Notes: generated by a model from the letters alone, not told the origin. DNA of 64,000 bases from Bacteroidia bacterium (GCA_023151315.1 JAKLJE010000011.1:26912-90911), one strand, 5' to 3'; counted from the first letter of the stretch, positions 46,822 through 60,055 are shown. Program-made: numbers and translations.

Positions 46822-48342
46822 ATGCTGAAATACATACTGCGTCGTATTCTGATTTTCATTCCGACGTTGTTTGTCATTTCATTGATTGCGTTCGTAATCA
46901 GCATCAACGCTCCGGGTGATCCTGTGGAGAATCTGTTTGCCGGTGCGAAAGGCGGAGACGGTTCTTCTGCTTCCAATGCAGGGATAACGAAAGCAAAGGA
47001 CGAGTTAAGACACGAACTCGGACTGGATTTACCCGTGTTCTATTTCACATTGACGAGTTTATCCGAGCCCGACACACTCCACCTGATCAAAGACAAAAGT
47101 CAAAAAGAAAATCTGGAGCGCCTCATTCGCGAATACGGCAATTGGGAATTCATACAGGAATACTACCGTGCAGTTTCTGCGCTTCGCAATGAAGCATTGA
47201 TACGCACTGAAGCTGATAGCAATCTGCTGAAGAAAATCAGCTCAGATTCATTACTGATCATCGAAGATAACTTTGCGCAAAAATGCATTTCACTGCTTCG
47301 GACACATGACGCAACGGAAATCAAATCAAAGATTGATGTGCTTCAGTCTGAATGCGGAAGATTCTCTTATCTCGGTGCAAACAATTTTCTTCAGCGATTC
47401 AATTCCCTGCTCAGCAATTGCGAAAACACATTCGTTGCAGTGGAAAGCAACTCTTCACAATGGAAAACATGGATTCCGGCTTTGCGCTTCTACGGATACA
47501 ATCAGTACCATCGCTGGCTTTTCGGTGATGGAAACTGGCTGACCGGAAATGGCTCCGAACATTGTCGCGGAGTGTTGCGCGGTGACTTCGGTGTTTCCTA
47601 CGCAACCAGAAAACCGGTAACAGAAACGATCGGTCGTGCGTTGCCTTGGTCAATGTCGCTGACTGCAATGTCTGTCCTACTCGCCTATCTCATCAGCATT
47701 CCAATCGGTGTTCAGGCAGCAGCTAAACGCGGTTCATTCTTCGACCGAAGTTCTTCCGTAGTACTGTTCATGCTCTATTCGCTACCGTCCTTCTTCATGG
47801 GAACTTTACTCTTGATGACGTTCGCCAATCCGGATGTACTCAGCATTCTTCCTGCAAACGGAGTTGGTCCTGCAACCGGAATTCCTGAAGACGCAACTCT
47901 CTGGGAGAAGTTCAACATAACTTGGCCGTATCTCGTTTTACCATTGATCTGCTACACATACAGTTCGCTTGCATTTCTGAGTCGCACAATGCGCGTTGCC
48001 ATGCTTGAAATATCTTCTCAAGATTTTATGCGTACCGCGCAGGCCAAAGGTCTTTCCACTTACCTTATTTATTACAAACATGGATTGCGCAACGCACTTT
48101 TGCCGATCATCACTGTATTCGCGAACATATTTCCATTGGCTGTGGGCGGTTCCGTAATTCTGGAATATCTCTTCGGTATTCCCGGAATGGGGCCAGAAAT
48201 TCTTACTGCCGTCCAAACGAAAGATTACCCGATGATCGTTGCGGTGTTTACTTTGTCAGGCTTCATGACATTAATCGGATATCTTGTTGCAGATATACTT
48301 TACGCCATTGCAGATCCACGTATTTCTTATTCCAAATCATGA
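46822..48342 (+). CDS. ABC transporter permease (DppB/OppB-like) with a large extracytoplasmic insertion
   Basis: N-terminus MLKYILRRILIFIPTLFVISLIAFVISINAPGDPVE, then ELGLDLPVFY. About 170 extra residues precede YHRWL ... GDFGVSY. The C-terminal TM bundle carries an EAA-like region (MRTAQAKGL). Confidence 0.8.
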   Translation: MLKYILRRILIFIPTLFVISLIAFVISINAPGDPVENLFAGAKGGDGSSASNAGITKAKDELRHELGLDLPVFYFTLTSLSEPDTLHLIKDKSQKENLERLIREYGNWEFIQEYYRAVSALRNEALIRTEADSNLLKKISSDSLLIIEDNFAQKCISLLRTHDATEIKSKIDVLQSECGRFSYLGANNFLQRFNSLLSNCENTFVAVESNSSQWKTWIPALRFYGYNQYHRWLFGDGNWLTGNGSEHCRGVLRGDFGVSYATRKPVTETIGRALPWSMSLTAMSVLLAYLISIPIGVQAAAKRGSFFDRSSSVVLFMLYSLPSFFMGTLLLMTFANPDVLSILPANGVGPATGIPEDATLWEKFNITWPYLVLPLICYTYSSLAFLSRTMRVAMLEISSQDFMRTAQAKGLSTYLIYYKHGLRNALLPIITVFANIFPLAVGGSVILEYLFGIPGMGPEILTAVQTKDYPMIVAVFTLSGFMTLIGYLVADILYAIADPRISYSKS

Positions 48343-49691
48343 GCACGCAGGAGAAAGAAATACAAACGGTTCAGCAACCGGAATTCAGTTTCAGGAAATA
48401 TTCCTGGAAACAATTCAAGCGCAATAAACCCGCGCTCGTTTCACTTTATGTGCTTTCTGTTTTTGCAATGATTGCGTTACTTGCACCATACATTGCGAAT
48501 GAAAGGCCATTGTATGCAAAATACAAAGGACAAACTTTCTACCCGGCTTTCACCGGAGAAACCAACTACAGATTTCAGGATCCGCAAAGCGGCGACAGCA
48601 TTAATCTGCAGCTCGATATTACAGACTGGAAGCGTCTGGAATACGAATCTGTTTTCTGGGCTCCCGTTCCTTGGTCGCCAACCACAAAAGACAAAGCAAA
48701 TCGCAGATGGGTTGGTCCGGGAGATCCGCAACGATTCATTACGAATGAAGGCGACACATTGCACATGCCATCCCGCTTTCGTCACCGTTTAGGAACGAAT
48801 GAATCCGGAGAAGATGTTTTAGCAGGATTGATTCACGGCACACGAATTTCATTGAGTATAGGATTCATATCCATGGGAATCGCATCCATCATCGGATTGT
48901 TTCTGGGTGCTGTTGCAGGATATTTTGGCGATAACAGATTGCAACTCGCAAGAGGTCGTTACTACATGATCATTCTGTCGTTGCCGTTTGCCTGGTTCTA
49001 TGCATTTCATGTGCGTGCCTACAATCTTACGGATGCAATGGGCGACTCCGGTTTTTCATTCCTGATTGCACTGCTCATCAGCATTGCAGTATTCGCCTTC
49101 GTAATTGTGATCTTCGGAACAATCGGTCGTTTGATCAGCAAAGGAAGTTTTCTGGGTAAACAGATTTTCGTGCCGTTGGACACCATGATTTCGCGCGGCA
49201 TTGAAATACTGAATTCCATTCCGGTGATGATCCTGATTATTTCACTCGCCGCAATGGTGAAAGAATATTCCATCATTTATGTCATGGTAATCATCGGTCT
49301 TACATCATGGACCGGCATTGCACGATTCACAAGAGCAGAATTTCTGAAAATCCGCAGCATGGATTACATCAGTGCAGCTCGAGTGATGGGCTTTCCTGAG
49401 AAACGCATCATTTTCCGTCACGCGTTGATCAACGGGATGGCTCCGTCTTTGGTTTCCATTGCATTCGGAATTGCCGCCGCCATTCTGATTGAATCCGGAC
49501 TTTCTTTCATTGGAGTCGGATTGCCGCAAGATGTGATCACATGGGGCAAATTACTTAATCAGGGAAGGGAAAATTTCCATGCCTGGTGGCTGATTGTATT
49601 CCCGGGTCTTGCCATTTTCCTGGTAGTAACGGTTTACAACCTAATTGGAGAAGGTTTGCGGGATGCATTAGATCCAAAGTTAAAGCGTTGA
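48339..49691 (+). CDS. ABC transporter permease (DppC/OppC-like) with an extended loop and an extra TM pair
   Basis: ATGA start/stop overlap with the previous gene. LGTNESGEDVLAGLIHGTRISL matches the DppC motif LGTD..GRD. An ~80-aa insert with two hydrophobic helices follows GAVAGYFGD. EAA-like ISAARVMGFP. Confidence 0.8.
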   Translation: MSTQEKEIQTVQQPEFSFRKYSWKQFKRNKPALVSLYVLSVFAMIALLAPYIANERPLYAKYKGQTFYPAFTGETNYRFQDPQSGDSINLQLDITDWKRLEYESVFWAPVPWSPTTKDKANRRWVGPGDPQRFITNEGDTLHMPSRFRHRLGTNESGEDVLAGLIHGTRISLSIGFISMGIASIIGLFLGAVAGYFGDNRLQLARGRYYMIILSLPFAWFYAFHVRAYNLTDAMGDSGFSFLIALLISIAVFAFVIVIFGTIGRLISKGSFLGKQIFVPLDTMISRGIEILNSIPVMILIISLAAMVKEYSIIYVMVIIGLTSWTGIARFTRAEFLKIRSMDYISAARVMGFPEKRIIFRHALINGMAPSLVSIAFGIAAAILIESGLSFIGVGLPQDVITWGKLLNQGRENFHAWWLIVFPGLAIFLVVTVYNLIGEGLRDALDPKLKR

Positions 49692-49734
49692 TTCTCCGTT
49701 TTTTTATTACCTTAGGAGATCGAAAAATCCTGAA

Positions 49735-50892
49735 ATGAATCTCAAGAAGATCATTACGGTTACACTTGTTATGGTGCTGGCTTTGCCGGCATTGGCAACA
49801 CGTCCAAAAATCGGCAAAGGATTTGGTCCGGGTCTTAACGATGGCGCAGGTAATACTACCGGTGCAGGAACAACGGAAATCTCTATGCCTATCGGTGTAG
49901 CCGTTGACGGAACAGATGGAAAAAGTCTGGCATCCAACTCCGATAAAAGCGACGCGAACATTGTTTACACTGTAGATCTCGGTAATGAAACCGGAGCTGC
50001 TTCAGTGAATCAAACGCATTCCGCTTTGGAAAAAGCAAGAAGCATGAATGCGGCTTGCGTGCTCATTCGCATCAACAGTTTTGCAGGCGGTTGGGATGAT
50101 GCAGAAAATATCCGTCAGGAAATTCGCGACTTCGAAAAACCGGTGATGATTGTTGTTAATGACAACGCAGGTTCAGCCTCGGCATTTGTTTCAGGCGGCA
50201 AGGACAGCGTTTTCAAATCCGGAAAGTCAACTGTAATCACAAATCGCAAGGCAGCAGCAATTCACTCCAGAAATGTAAACGCACAACGCAACATTGCTGT
50301 AATTCCTCAAGTTGAGAATCAAGATTTGACACCATCAGCTCATGAAAGTGAAGAAGTGGTGTTGGGAGATGAAACCATGCATGAAGTACTTTATCGTGCA
50401 GGTTTGAGCAATCTGACAGTTGTTCATCATGCACCTGGAATTGCAGAACGTATTGCCGATGTTTTGGTACAGCCATGGGTTTCGGTTCTTATTCTCCTCC
50501 TGGCGGGATTTGTATTCAGTTACGCTTCGCGTAAATCACTTCCTGGCCCCGCACTGTATCTGTTGTTCATCATCAGTGCTCTTTACATCGCCCCATTTCA
50601 TTATGCAGGATTGATGAACACGGTTGAGCTTATCGGAGCACTAACTTCAATAATTCTTCTCGTAAGTTCACTGAAAATGAACCTGATGTGGCTACGGATC
50701 GTAAGTTTTGGTTTAATGTCTTTATTCTTCGCTTTATCGCAAATGAAGGATTCGGGCAGTATTACAACGATTCTTACTTCCGTACAGATTCTATACACAT
50801 TAGCGCTCTGTTCAGTGCCGGTTGCAGCCGGTTTAATAAGCGAAATGGCTTTGCAACGTTTACGTTCAAAGCGCGTTCACGCAGGAAAATAG
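49735..50892 (+). CDS. NfeD-like membrane-bound ClpP-class protease homologue
   Basis: Signal peptide. ClpP/SppA-like block ACVLIRINSFAGGWDDAENIRQEIRDFEKPVMIVVNDNAGSASAFVSGG. Four to five C-terminal TM helices. Confidence 0.5.
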   Translation: MNLKKIITVTLVMVLALPALATRPKIGKGFGPGLNDGAGNTTGAGTTEISMPIGVAVDGTDGKSLASNSDKSDANIVYTVDLGNETGAASVNQTHSALEKARSMNAACVLIRINSFAGGWDDAENIRQEIRDFEKPVMIVVNDNAGSASAFVSGGKDSVFKSGKSTVITNRKAAAIHSRNVNAQRNIAVIPQVENQDLTPSAHESEEVVLGDETMHEVLYRAGLSNLTVVHHAPGIAERIADVLVQPWVSVLILLLAGFVFSYASRKSLPGPALYLLFIISALYIAPFHYAGLMNTVELIGALTSIILLVSSLKMNLMWLRIVSFGLMSLFFALSQMKDSGSITTILTSVQILYTLALCSVPVAAGLISEMALQRLRSKRVHAGK

Positions 50893-50898
50893 TACTGA

Positions 50899-51237
50899 TT
50901 AAAGGAGCCAGAGACTTTCAATCTCACCGCCATTTACGGCAAACAAATGAATCAATGCCGCGAAAACAGCTCCGCCGGACATGATCAGATTGATGAACAG
51001 GAAGATCAGATAGAAGCAACCCAGATTTGAACCCGTCGGACTTGATTTACGATATAACTGTAAAGACATCCACGCCAGCGCAACAGAACCCAAAGCTGCA
51101 ACCATGTGCAAAGTTGCACTTTCAACAGGAGAGAAAATCCGCGTAAACATGAAACTCAGATTGTAGCTCCAGCGCAGAACCACGGACAGAATCAGATATA
51201 AAATTGAATTGTATTTCGCGCGATCTTCGACTCTCAT
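50899..51237 (-). CDS. hypothetical small membrane protein
   Basis: The ATG at 51237 (MRVEDRAKYNSILYLILSVVL ...) gives 112 aa with 3-4 TM helices. The longer 51405 start would overlap the divergent gene. Confidence 0.4.
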   Translation of the reverse strand: MRVEDRAKYNSILYLILSVVLRWSYNLSFMFTRIFSPVESATLHMVAALGSVALAWMSLQLYRKSSPTGSNLGCFYLIFLFINLIMSGGAVFAALIHLFAVNGGEIESLWLL

Positions 51238-51265
51238 TGCGCACAAAGGTACGTTTTGACAAACA

Positions 51266-52105
51266 ATGGCATCAAGAAAAAAAACAGTCTTCTTTATTCT
51301 GCTGGGGATTACCGGAATTCTTTTCGGTTTCCGTAACGACGTGATTCTTAGTCCAACAAAGTCTGCTGATGTGAACTTTGCCGGCGATTCTGCTCTTCGC
51401 CTCATTCATGTTTATGTTGCATTGTGTGATAACGACTCTCAAGGAATTGTACCGGTTTCGAAACGAATGGGCAATGGTAACGATCCCGACAACAATTTGT
51501 ATTGGGGAAACGGGTACGGAGTGCGAACTTACTTCAACAACAGCGAAGATTGGAGGTTGATTGCCACGATTAAGAAACCAACAACGGAAATACTGGAGCG
51601 ATGTGTCTGGAAGCACAGAAGATACAATTGTATCATGGTAGCCGATGCCTGGCGCGGTGCACGTATTAAACCTTGCACGGTGGAGTTCCTGAAGAGCGCA
51701 TCCGGAAATAACTACGACACGCTGACGGTTAACGATAACGGCTCGATCAAGACATTAATGTTAGGTCAGGCTCAATTGGTGAGTTATGTAGGTCATGACG
51801 GACTTATGGATTTTACAATTGAGAATCCGCCCGTACGGAAAGACAGCAGCAACAAAGATGTTTTCATTCTTGCATGTGCGAGCAAATTGTATTTCAAAGA
51901 TGCGATCCGCACTGCAGGAGCAAATCCGGTTTTGTGGACTACAAACCTGCTGGGTCCTGAAGCATATGTTCTGAAAGCCGGAATTGACGGGTGGCTGCTT
52001 CGTGAGCCCGGAGAAAAAATCTGCGATCGTGCAGCAAAAGCTTACGACCAATATGTGCACTGCGGATATAATGGAGCAAGGCGCATATTCACAACGGGAT
52101 TTTAA
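51266..52105 (+). CDS. hypothetical membrane-anchored protein with a caspase-like His/Cys dyad signature
   Basis: N-terminal TM anchor FFILLGITGILFGF. LVSYVGHDG and VFILACAS lie 27 residues apart, each preceded by a hydrophobic strand. Confidence 0.45.
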   Translation: MASRKKTVFFILLGITGILFGFRNDVILSPTKSADVNFAGDSALRLIHVYVALCDNDSQGIVPVSKRMGNGNDPDNNLYWGNGYGVRTYFNNSEDWRLIATIKKPTTEILERCVWKHRRYNCIMVADAWRGARIKPCTVEFLKSASGNNYDTLTVNDNGSIKTLMLGQAQLVSYVGHDGLMDFTIENPPVRKDSSNKDVFILACASKLYFKDAIRTAGANPVLWTTNLLGPEAYVLKAGIDGWLLREPGEKICDRAAKAYDQYVHCGYNGARRIFTTGF

Positions 52106-52138
52106 ACGCGTTTTATAACTTTACAAAAAACCCATATC

Positions 52139-52516
52139 ATGGATTACAACATTCCCAATCAGCCATTGAACGATCAACAAGACGTTGAAAAAGGCAAAAC
52201 AATAGGTATTCTCTCTTATTGCACATTGATCGGCTGGATCATCGCTATTGTGATGCATCAGAACGATAAAACCAGATTCGGAGCCTTCCACTTACGTCAG
52301 GCATTGGGTATCTGGATTGCTTATCTGTGCTGCTTTATTGTGATCATGATCACCGCACCATTTCTGTTCTTCATGTCCGTATTTCTGTTGCCGGTTGTCG
52401 GGATTACAACATTGATTTTCGTAATTCTAGGTTTGGTGAATGCCATCAACGGGAAGATGAAACCAACGCCGCTTATCGGTGGACTTGCGGAAAAGATGCT
52501 TGCCGGCATCAAGTAA
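52139..52516 (+). CDS. small membrane protein (resembles the DUF4870 family)
   Basis: 125 aa with 3 TM helices. GILSYCTLIGWIIAIVMHQNDKTRFGAFHLRQALGIWI pattern. Confidence 0.55.
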   Translation: MDYNIPNQPLNDQQDVEKGKTIGILSYCTLIGWIIAIVMHQNDKTRFGAFHLRQALGIWIAYLCCFIVIMITAPFLFFMSVFLLPVVGITTLIFVILGLVNAINGKMKPTPLIGGLAEKMLAGIK

Positions 52517-53125
52517 TCAACGGGAAATTGCTTCGTGAATTTTAATGACTTGCGGCAATAGCGGAAACTTTCCGTCGTTGCGAATGCACCATTTTGCCAT
52601 TTGCATTTTGCGTTCATCCGGCCATTGTTTACGAATACGCGCAATGACTTCTTCTGCTGTAATGTTATCGCGTTTCATCACACGATCGATGCGAATAGTT
52701 TCGGGTGCGGTAACGAGAATCACTCCGTCAAGGTGCTTTTCTATTCCGGCTTCGAAAATGATGGCAGCCTCTTTAATTACGTAATCGGCTTCTGAATTCT
52801 GAGAACAGAACTTTTCAAATGCTTCGCCCACGGCAGGATGCACAACAGCGTTAAGCTTCTCGAGAAGTGCAGCATCAGAAAAAACCGATGCAGCCACTTT
52901 CTTACGGTTCAATGTTTTGTCGGGAAGATCATAAACATCACCGAAAATTTCTGTGATGCGATTTTTCACCTCAACATTTTCATTCTGAATCTTTCTCGCT
53001 GCGTCGTCGGAATTAAAAACAGGCACACCCAGATTGCGGAATAGTTCTGCAATCATAGTCTTTCCGCTCCCAATACCGCCTGTTAATCCGATCCGTTTCA
53101 TTGATTCAAAAGTAGGAGTTTCCAT
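52517..53125 (-). CDS. coaE: dephospho-CoA kinase
   Basis: P-loop IGLTGGIGSGKT, with length and layout typical of CoaE. The alternative ATG at 53101 (MKRIGLTGG) is equally plausible. Confidence 0.85.
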   Translation of the reverse strand: METPTFESMKRIGLTGGIGSGKTMIAELFRNLGVPVFNSDDAARKIQNENVEVKNRITEIFGDVYDLPDKTLNRKKVAASVFSDAALLEKLNAVVHPAVGEAFEKFCSQNSEADYVIKEAAIIFEAGIEKHLDGVILVTAPETIRIDRVMKRDNITAEEVIARIRKQWPDERKMQMAKWCIRNDGKFPLLPQVIKIHEAISR

Positions 53126-53151
53126 TGGCTTGATACGACAATGCTAAGCAT

Positions 53152-53184
53152 AAAAAAAACGCATCACTTTTCAGTGATGCGTTT
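53152..53184 (-). terminator. rho-independent terminator downstream of the 53206-55623 gene
   Basis: The minus strand reads AAACGCATCACT-GAAA-AGTGATGCGTTTTTTTT. Confidence 0.75.
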
Positions 53185-53205
53185 CGTATACCGGATTGAT
53201 CTGAA

Positions 53206-55623
53206 TTATTTCGTTTTCACGATCCGTTCCTGAGAAAGAACTCCCGTTGCATCAACAAATCGCACAACATAAATTCCTTCAGCCAGCCCTGCTCCTACTT
53301 CAACAGTTCCCGTTGAATTGTTCACGCTGTTAGACATAACAACGCGACCGGTGAGGTCTACAACTTCCATTTGAATATCGTTGTTTGTATCAAACGAATA
53401 AGCAACTGTTGTAGAACCATTGAAAGGATTAGGATAAACTTTGATTCCTGTATTCGCAGCTTCAACAGACGGTACAGCCACTGCATTTGAATCAGCAACC
53501 ACGAAGTTGTCGAATGCACCTTCAACAAGGTGACCAGGTGAAAAATCCTGAACTTCCACGATCAAACGCATGGTTGCAGTTGGTGTAAGGTAGTTAGACA
53601 CACGGTAGCTGCGATTGACCCAGCTGGAGTTATTTGCTGAATTGCGGTGAACTTTTTCAAGTGTTACAGTTGTTGTTCCGTCAGTAAGGCGAATGAACAT
53701 GGTATCGTTCGGGTTGCCGCTTCCTCCATCGTTAAAGAACCAACGGCTGTAGTGTATCCATGCGTCACCGTAAGTAGTGAGATCCATTACAGGGCTTGTC
53801 AATGTTGTTTTACCGTTATCAACGTCATCCTGAGAAGCGCTTCCACCGGCATTACCTGTTACATAGCACTGATCGGTACAATCCCCGTTTACATCGGTAT
53901 CCGGATTAGCATCATTGTTTGTATTGAAAGTTGTTCCAATTGGCTCACCACGTTCCCAGATTCCGGCATTTGCTGTACTGCTCACTGTCCAACCGAGGTC
54001 GAAAGTGAACTCATCCTGATAACCGCGATCAAGATCCAGTGTCAATACTCCTGAAGAAGCATTGATTGTGTCAGATGTACACAAAGTCTGATATCCCCAG
54101 TTTGCCGCAACCACATTGTAAGTTCCCGGTATCACGGTACAATTGAAGAAATCGCCTGAACCGTCACTTGTGAATTGATATGTTGTATTCACATCGTAAA
54201 CCAGTACCGGAACTGCAGACAAAGCTGCAGTGGAAGTTGCATCTTCAACGTGACCGTTCAATGAAACTGCGCCCGGAGCCGTCATTGCAACATTAAACAG
54301 GTTAACCTGTCCTGGTGCGAATACAACGTTATTCATCACAACAGTGGTATAACCCGGTTTAGAGTAAGTTACTGTGTAAGTTCCGGGAGTCGGGGTTCCG
54401 GTTGCATAATTGCCGCTGATGTCAGAAGTTGTTGAAACGTTTACTGATGATATTGTAATAGTTACACCTGAAAGCGGAGTTCCGCAAATGCTGTCAAACA
54501 CGTTTCCTTCGAGGTAACATGCACGCACGTATGTTGGTGAGTACACGAATAAACCTTCATCGATATTCGACACCACAATAGTTCCCGAAGGGAAGAACGG
54601 GAATACGCCCCAAGCTCCATCGAAACCATTTCCTTGGCCATTGTATGTATCATACCAGCCAACATTCACAAGGTTGTGCGGACGCGTTACGTCGGTAATT
54701 ACAAAGCCGTCGCGGTACCATGACGTTACTGCCCAGTTATTCAGAATATGTGTATTGTGTACAATAGAACCGCTGTTCGGATTCCATGACTGGATGCGAT
54801 CCACTTCCTGAATATTTGAAGGATTGGAAATGTCGTATGCCCCGAGATACGAGTTGGTGTTTTCATCTGTTGTGAAAAGGAAATTACGATCATCCGAAAT
54901 CCAGGTATTATGCGTGAAGTTGGTAGGTGTAGCCTGAGTAGCGAGTACCACCGGATTGGATTTGTTGGTGCAATCCACCATTGTGAATACACCCGCATAA
55001 ATGTGAGAAGCAAAAAGCGTGTCGTTGTCTACATATCCATCATGCACATACGGGAAAGATGGATTCTCATAATGTCCTGCGTAAGTCGGATTATATGGAT
55101 CCGTATTCAGATCAAGAAAAATTGCACCGCCGTTAAAAAGGTTTGTACCATACAGGTAACAGAATCCTTTCGTTGTATCTATGTGCAATGCATGTACGGT
55201 AGACAATTGGTTGTTGATTGCGCCGTCTCCGGTATAAGTGTGATAGCTGTATGCAGAAGCGTTAGTTGCAGGAATAGCAGAAAGATCCACGATCTGCAGT
55301 GCTCCGCCGCCGCCTTCAGTTGTAACGTATGCGTAATTCTGATACACTTTAATTTCCTTCCAAAGGTTCGTCACCATTGGAATCTGTACAATCTGTACAA
55401 CGTTTGTCGGAACGGTAATATCAACAATGATCATTCCGCTTTCACCGCCCAACAATGCATATTCATTGCCATTAGGAGCTGTGTAGCCGCAGATGTTAGC
55501 CAGTGTTTGGCCGGGAATCGGTAACGCATCAGACTGAGTTACGTTGAGTGAACTTTGTGCTGACAAGGCAACACAGGTGGTCATCGCAATAAATGCGAGA
55601 GAAGTTTGTAATAATTTTTTCAT
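53206..55623 (-). CDS. T9SS cargo protein with LVIVD-repeat / choice-of-anchor-B-like N-terminal propeller
   Basis: Signal peptide. GNEYALLGGESGMIIVDIT ... WKEIKVYQNYAYVTTEGGGGALQIVDLS. Carboxypeptidase-regulatory-like modules (GNVFDSICGTPLSGVTI ... SGNYATG). C-terminal KVYPNPFNGSTTVAY ... GIYVVRFVD. Confidence 0.65.
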   Translation of the reverse strand: MKKLLQTSLAFIAMTTCVALSAQSSLNVTQSDALPIPGQTLANICGYTAPNGNEYALLGGESGMIIVDITVPTNVVQIVQIPMVTNLWKEIKVYQNYAYVTTEGGGGALQIVDLSAIPATNASAYSYHTYTGDGAINNQLSTVHALHIDTTKGFCYLYGTNLFNGGAIFLDLNTDPYNPTYAGHYENPSFPYVHDGYVDNDTLFASHIYAGVFTMVDCTNKSNPVVLATQATPTNFTHNTWISDDRNFLFTTDENTNSYLGAYDISNPSNIQEVDRIQSWNPNSGSIVHNTHILNNWAVTSWYRDGFVITDVTRPHNLVNVGWYDTYNGQGNGFDGAWGVFPFFPSGTIVVSNIDEGLFVYSPTYVRACYLEGNVFDSICGTPLSGVTITISSVNVSTTSDISGNYATGTPTPGTYTVTYSKPGYTTVVMNNVVFAPGQVNLFNVAMTAPGAVSLNGHVEDATSTAALSAVPVLVYDVNTTYQFTSDGSGDFFNCTVIPGTYNVVAANWGYQTLCTSDTINASSGVLTLDLDRGYQDEFTFDLGWTVSSTANAGIWERGEPIGTTFNTNNDANPDTDVNGDCTDQCYVTGNAGGSASQDDVDNGKTTLTSPVMDLTTYGDAWIHYSRWFFNDGGSGNPNDTMFIRLTDGTTTVTLEKVHRNSANNSSWVNRSYRVSNYLTPTATMRLIVEVQDFSPGHLVEGAFDNFVVADSNAVAVPSVEAANTGIKVYPNPFNGSTTVAYSFDTNNDIQMEVVDLTGRVVMSNSVNNSTGTVEVGAGLAEGIYVVRFVDATGVLSQERIVKTK

Positions 55624-55677
55624 GGTGGTTCTTATGCGATCCGTAAGAATTTAACAGGGATGCTGTACGAAGGTGGC

Positions 55678-55707
55678 AAAAAAAATCCGCCTGATCAAGG
55701 CGGATTG
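55678..55707 (-). terminator. rho-independent terminator of dapA
   Basis: The minus strand reads ATCCGCC-TTGATCA-GGCGGAT followed by TTTTTTTT. Confidence 0.75.
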
Positions 55708-55749
55708 TAAGAATACTGTCAAATGAACAGGAAAGTTGAGAATACCTGA

Positions 55750-56652
55750 TTAACCCTTCAACAATTTCCGGGTCTCAGCCAGAATTCCGGCGCGAACATT
55801 TCGATTAACTGGCATTAATGGCAGACGAAGTTTTTCTGTACCAAGTTTCTGAGCAGCCAATGCAACTTTCACACCTCCGGGATTACCATCAGCAAAGAAC
55901 AATTGTGTTACGTGCATGAGTTTGTAGTGGTTCTTTGAAGCCGTTTTGAAATCACCCGCAAGGCTGGTTCGAACCATATCGGAAAACAATTTCGGAAACG
56001 CATTCGCCACAACAGAAATTACACCTTCAGCGCCGCATGCAATCATAGGCATTGTGAGTAAATCATCACCTGAAATAACGAGGAAGTCAGCTGGACGATC
56101 TTTCAGAATCTGCATGATCTGCTCCATATTTCCGGAAGCCTCTTTAATACCGATGAACACAGGAAAATCTTTCGCCAGACGTAAAGTAGTTGCTGCAGAC
56201 ATGTTCATACCGGTACGACCGGGTACATTGTACAGAATCACTGGAAGCGGAGAAGCCTTAGCCACCGCTTTGAAATGCTCGTACAATCCGTCCTGATTCG
56301 GTTTGTTATAGTAAGGCGCCACTGAGAGAATTGCAGACACCCCAGTAAAATCCGTATGCATCAGATTCTCTACAACCTCAGCAGTATTGTTTCCTCCAAC
56401 TCCGAAAACCACCGGAACGCGGAGCTTCACAACTTCAACAGCATGACGCAATATAGCTGCTTTCTCTTCTTTACTCAGGCAAGGAGATTCTGCAGTAGTG
56501 CCGTTAATCACGAGATACTCACATTTTCCCTTAATGATATGATTGATCACTTTTGTGAGTGAATCGAAATCTACACTTCCATTCGGTTTGAAAGGAGTAA
56601 CTACAGCTACACCGGTACCGGCGAGTACATGTATTGTTTTCCTGGATGCCAT
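55750..56652 (-). CDS. dapA: 4-hydroxy-tetrahydrodipicolinate synthase
   Basis: DapA/NAL family: VINGTTAES, YNVPGRTG, and the Schiff-base lysine in FIGIKEASGN. The ATG at 56652 (MASRKTIHVLAGTGVAVVTPF) gives a typical ~300 aa. Confidence 0.88.
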   Translation of the reverse strand: MASRKTIHVLAGTGVAVVTPFKPNGSVDFDSLTKVINHIIKGKCEYLVINGTTAESPCLSKEEKAAILRHAVEVVKLRVPVVFGVGGNNTAEVVENLMHTDFTGVSAILSVAPYYNKPNQDGLYEHFKAVAKASPLPVILYNVPGRTGMNMSAATTLRLAKDFPVFIGIKEASGNMEQIMQILKDRPADFLVISGDDLLTMPMIACGAEGVISVVANAFPKLFSDMVRTSLAGDFKTASKNHYKLMHVTQLFFADGNPGGVKVALAAQKLGTEKLRLPLMPVNRNVRAGILAETRKLLKG

Positions 56653-56710
56653 TGTATAACGGGTTTCGGGTTTTAAATCGGACGTAAAATTGGGATTTGT
56701 TCTGCACAAA

Positions 56711-56732
56711 AGTTGCAAATAGCTCTGCAACT
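56711..56732 (-). terminator. weak hairpin between the DUF6913-like gene and dapA
   Basis: AGTTGCA-AATAGCTC-TGCAACT, followed on the minus strand by TTTTG. It could be an attenuating or partial terminator. Confidence 0.25.
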
Positions 56733-56742
56733 TATTAACGCG

Positions 56743-60041
<3,299 letters not shown>

Positions 60042-60055
60042 TCCCTGATTCTTTG

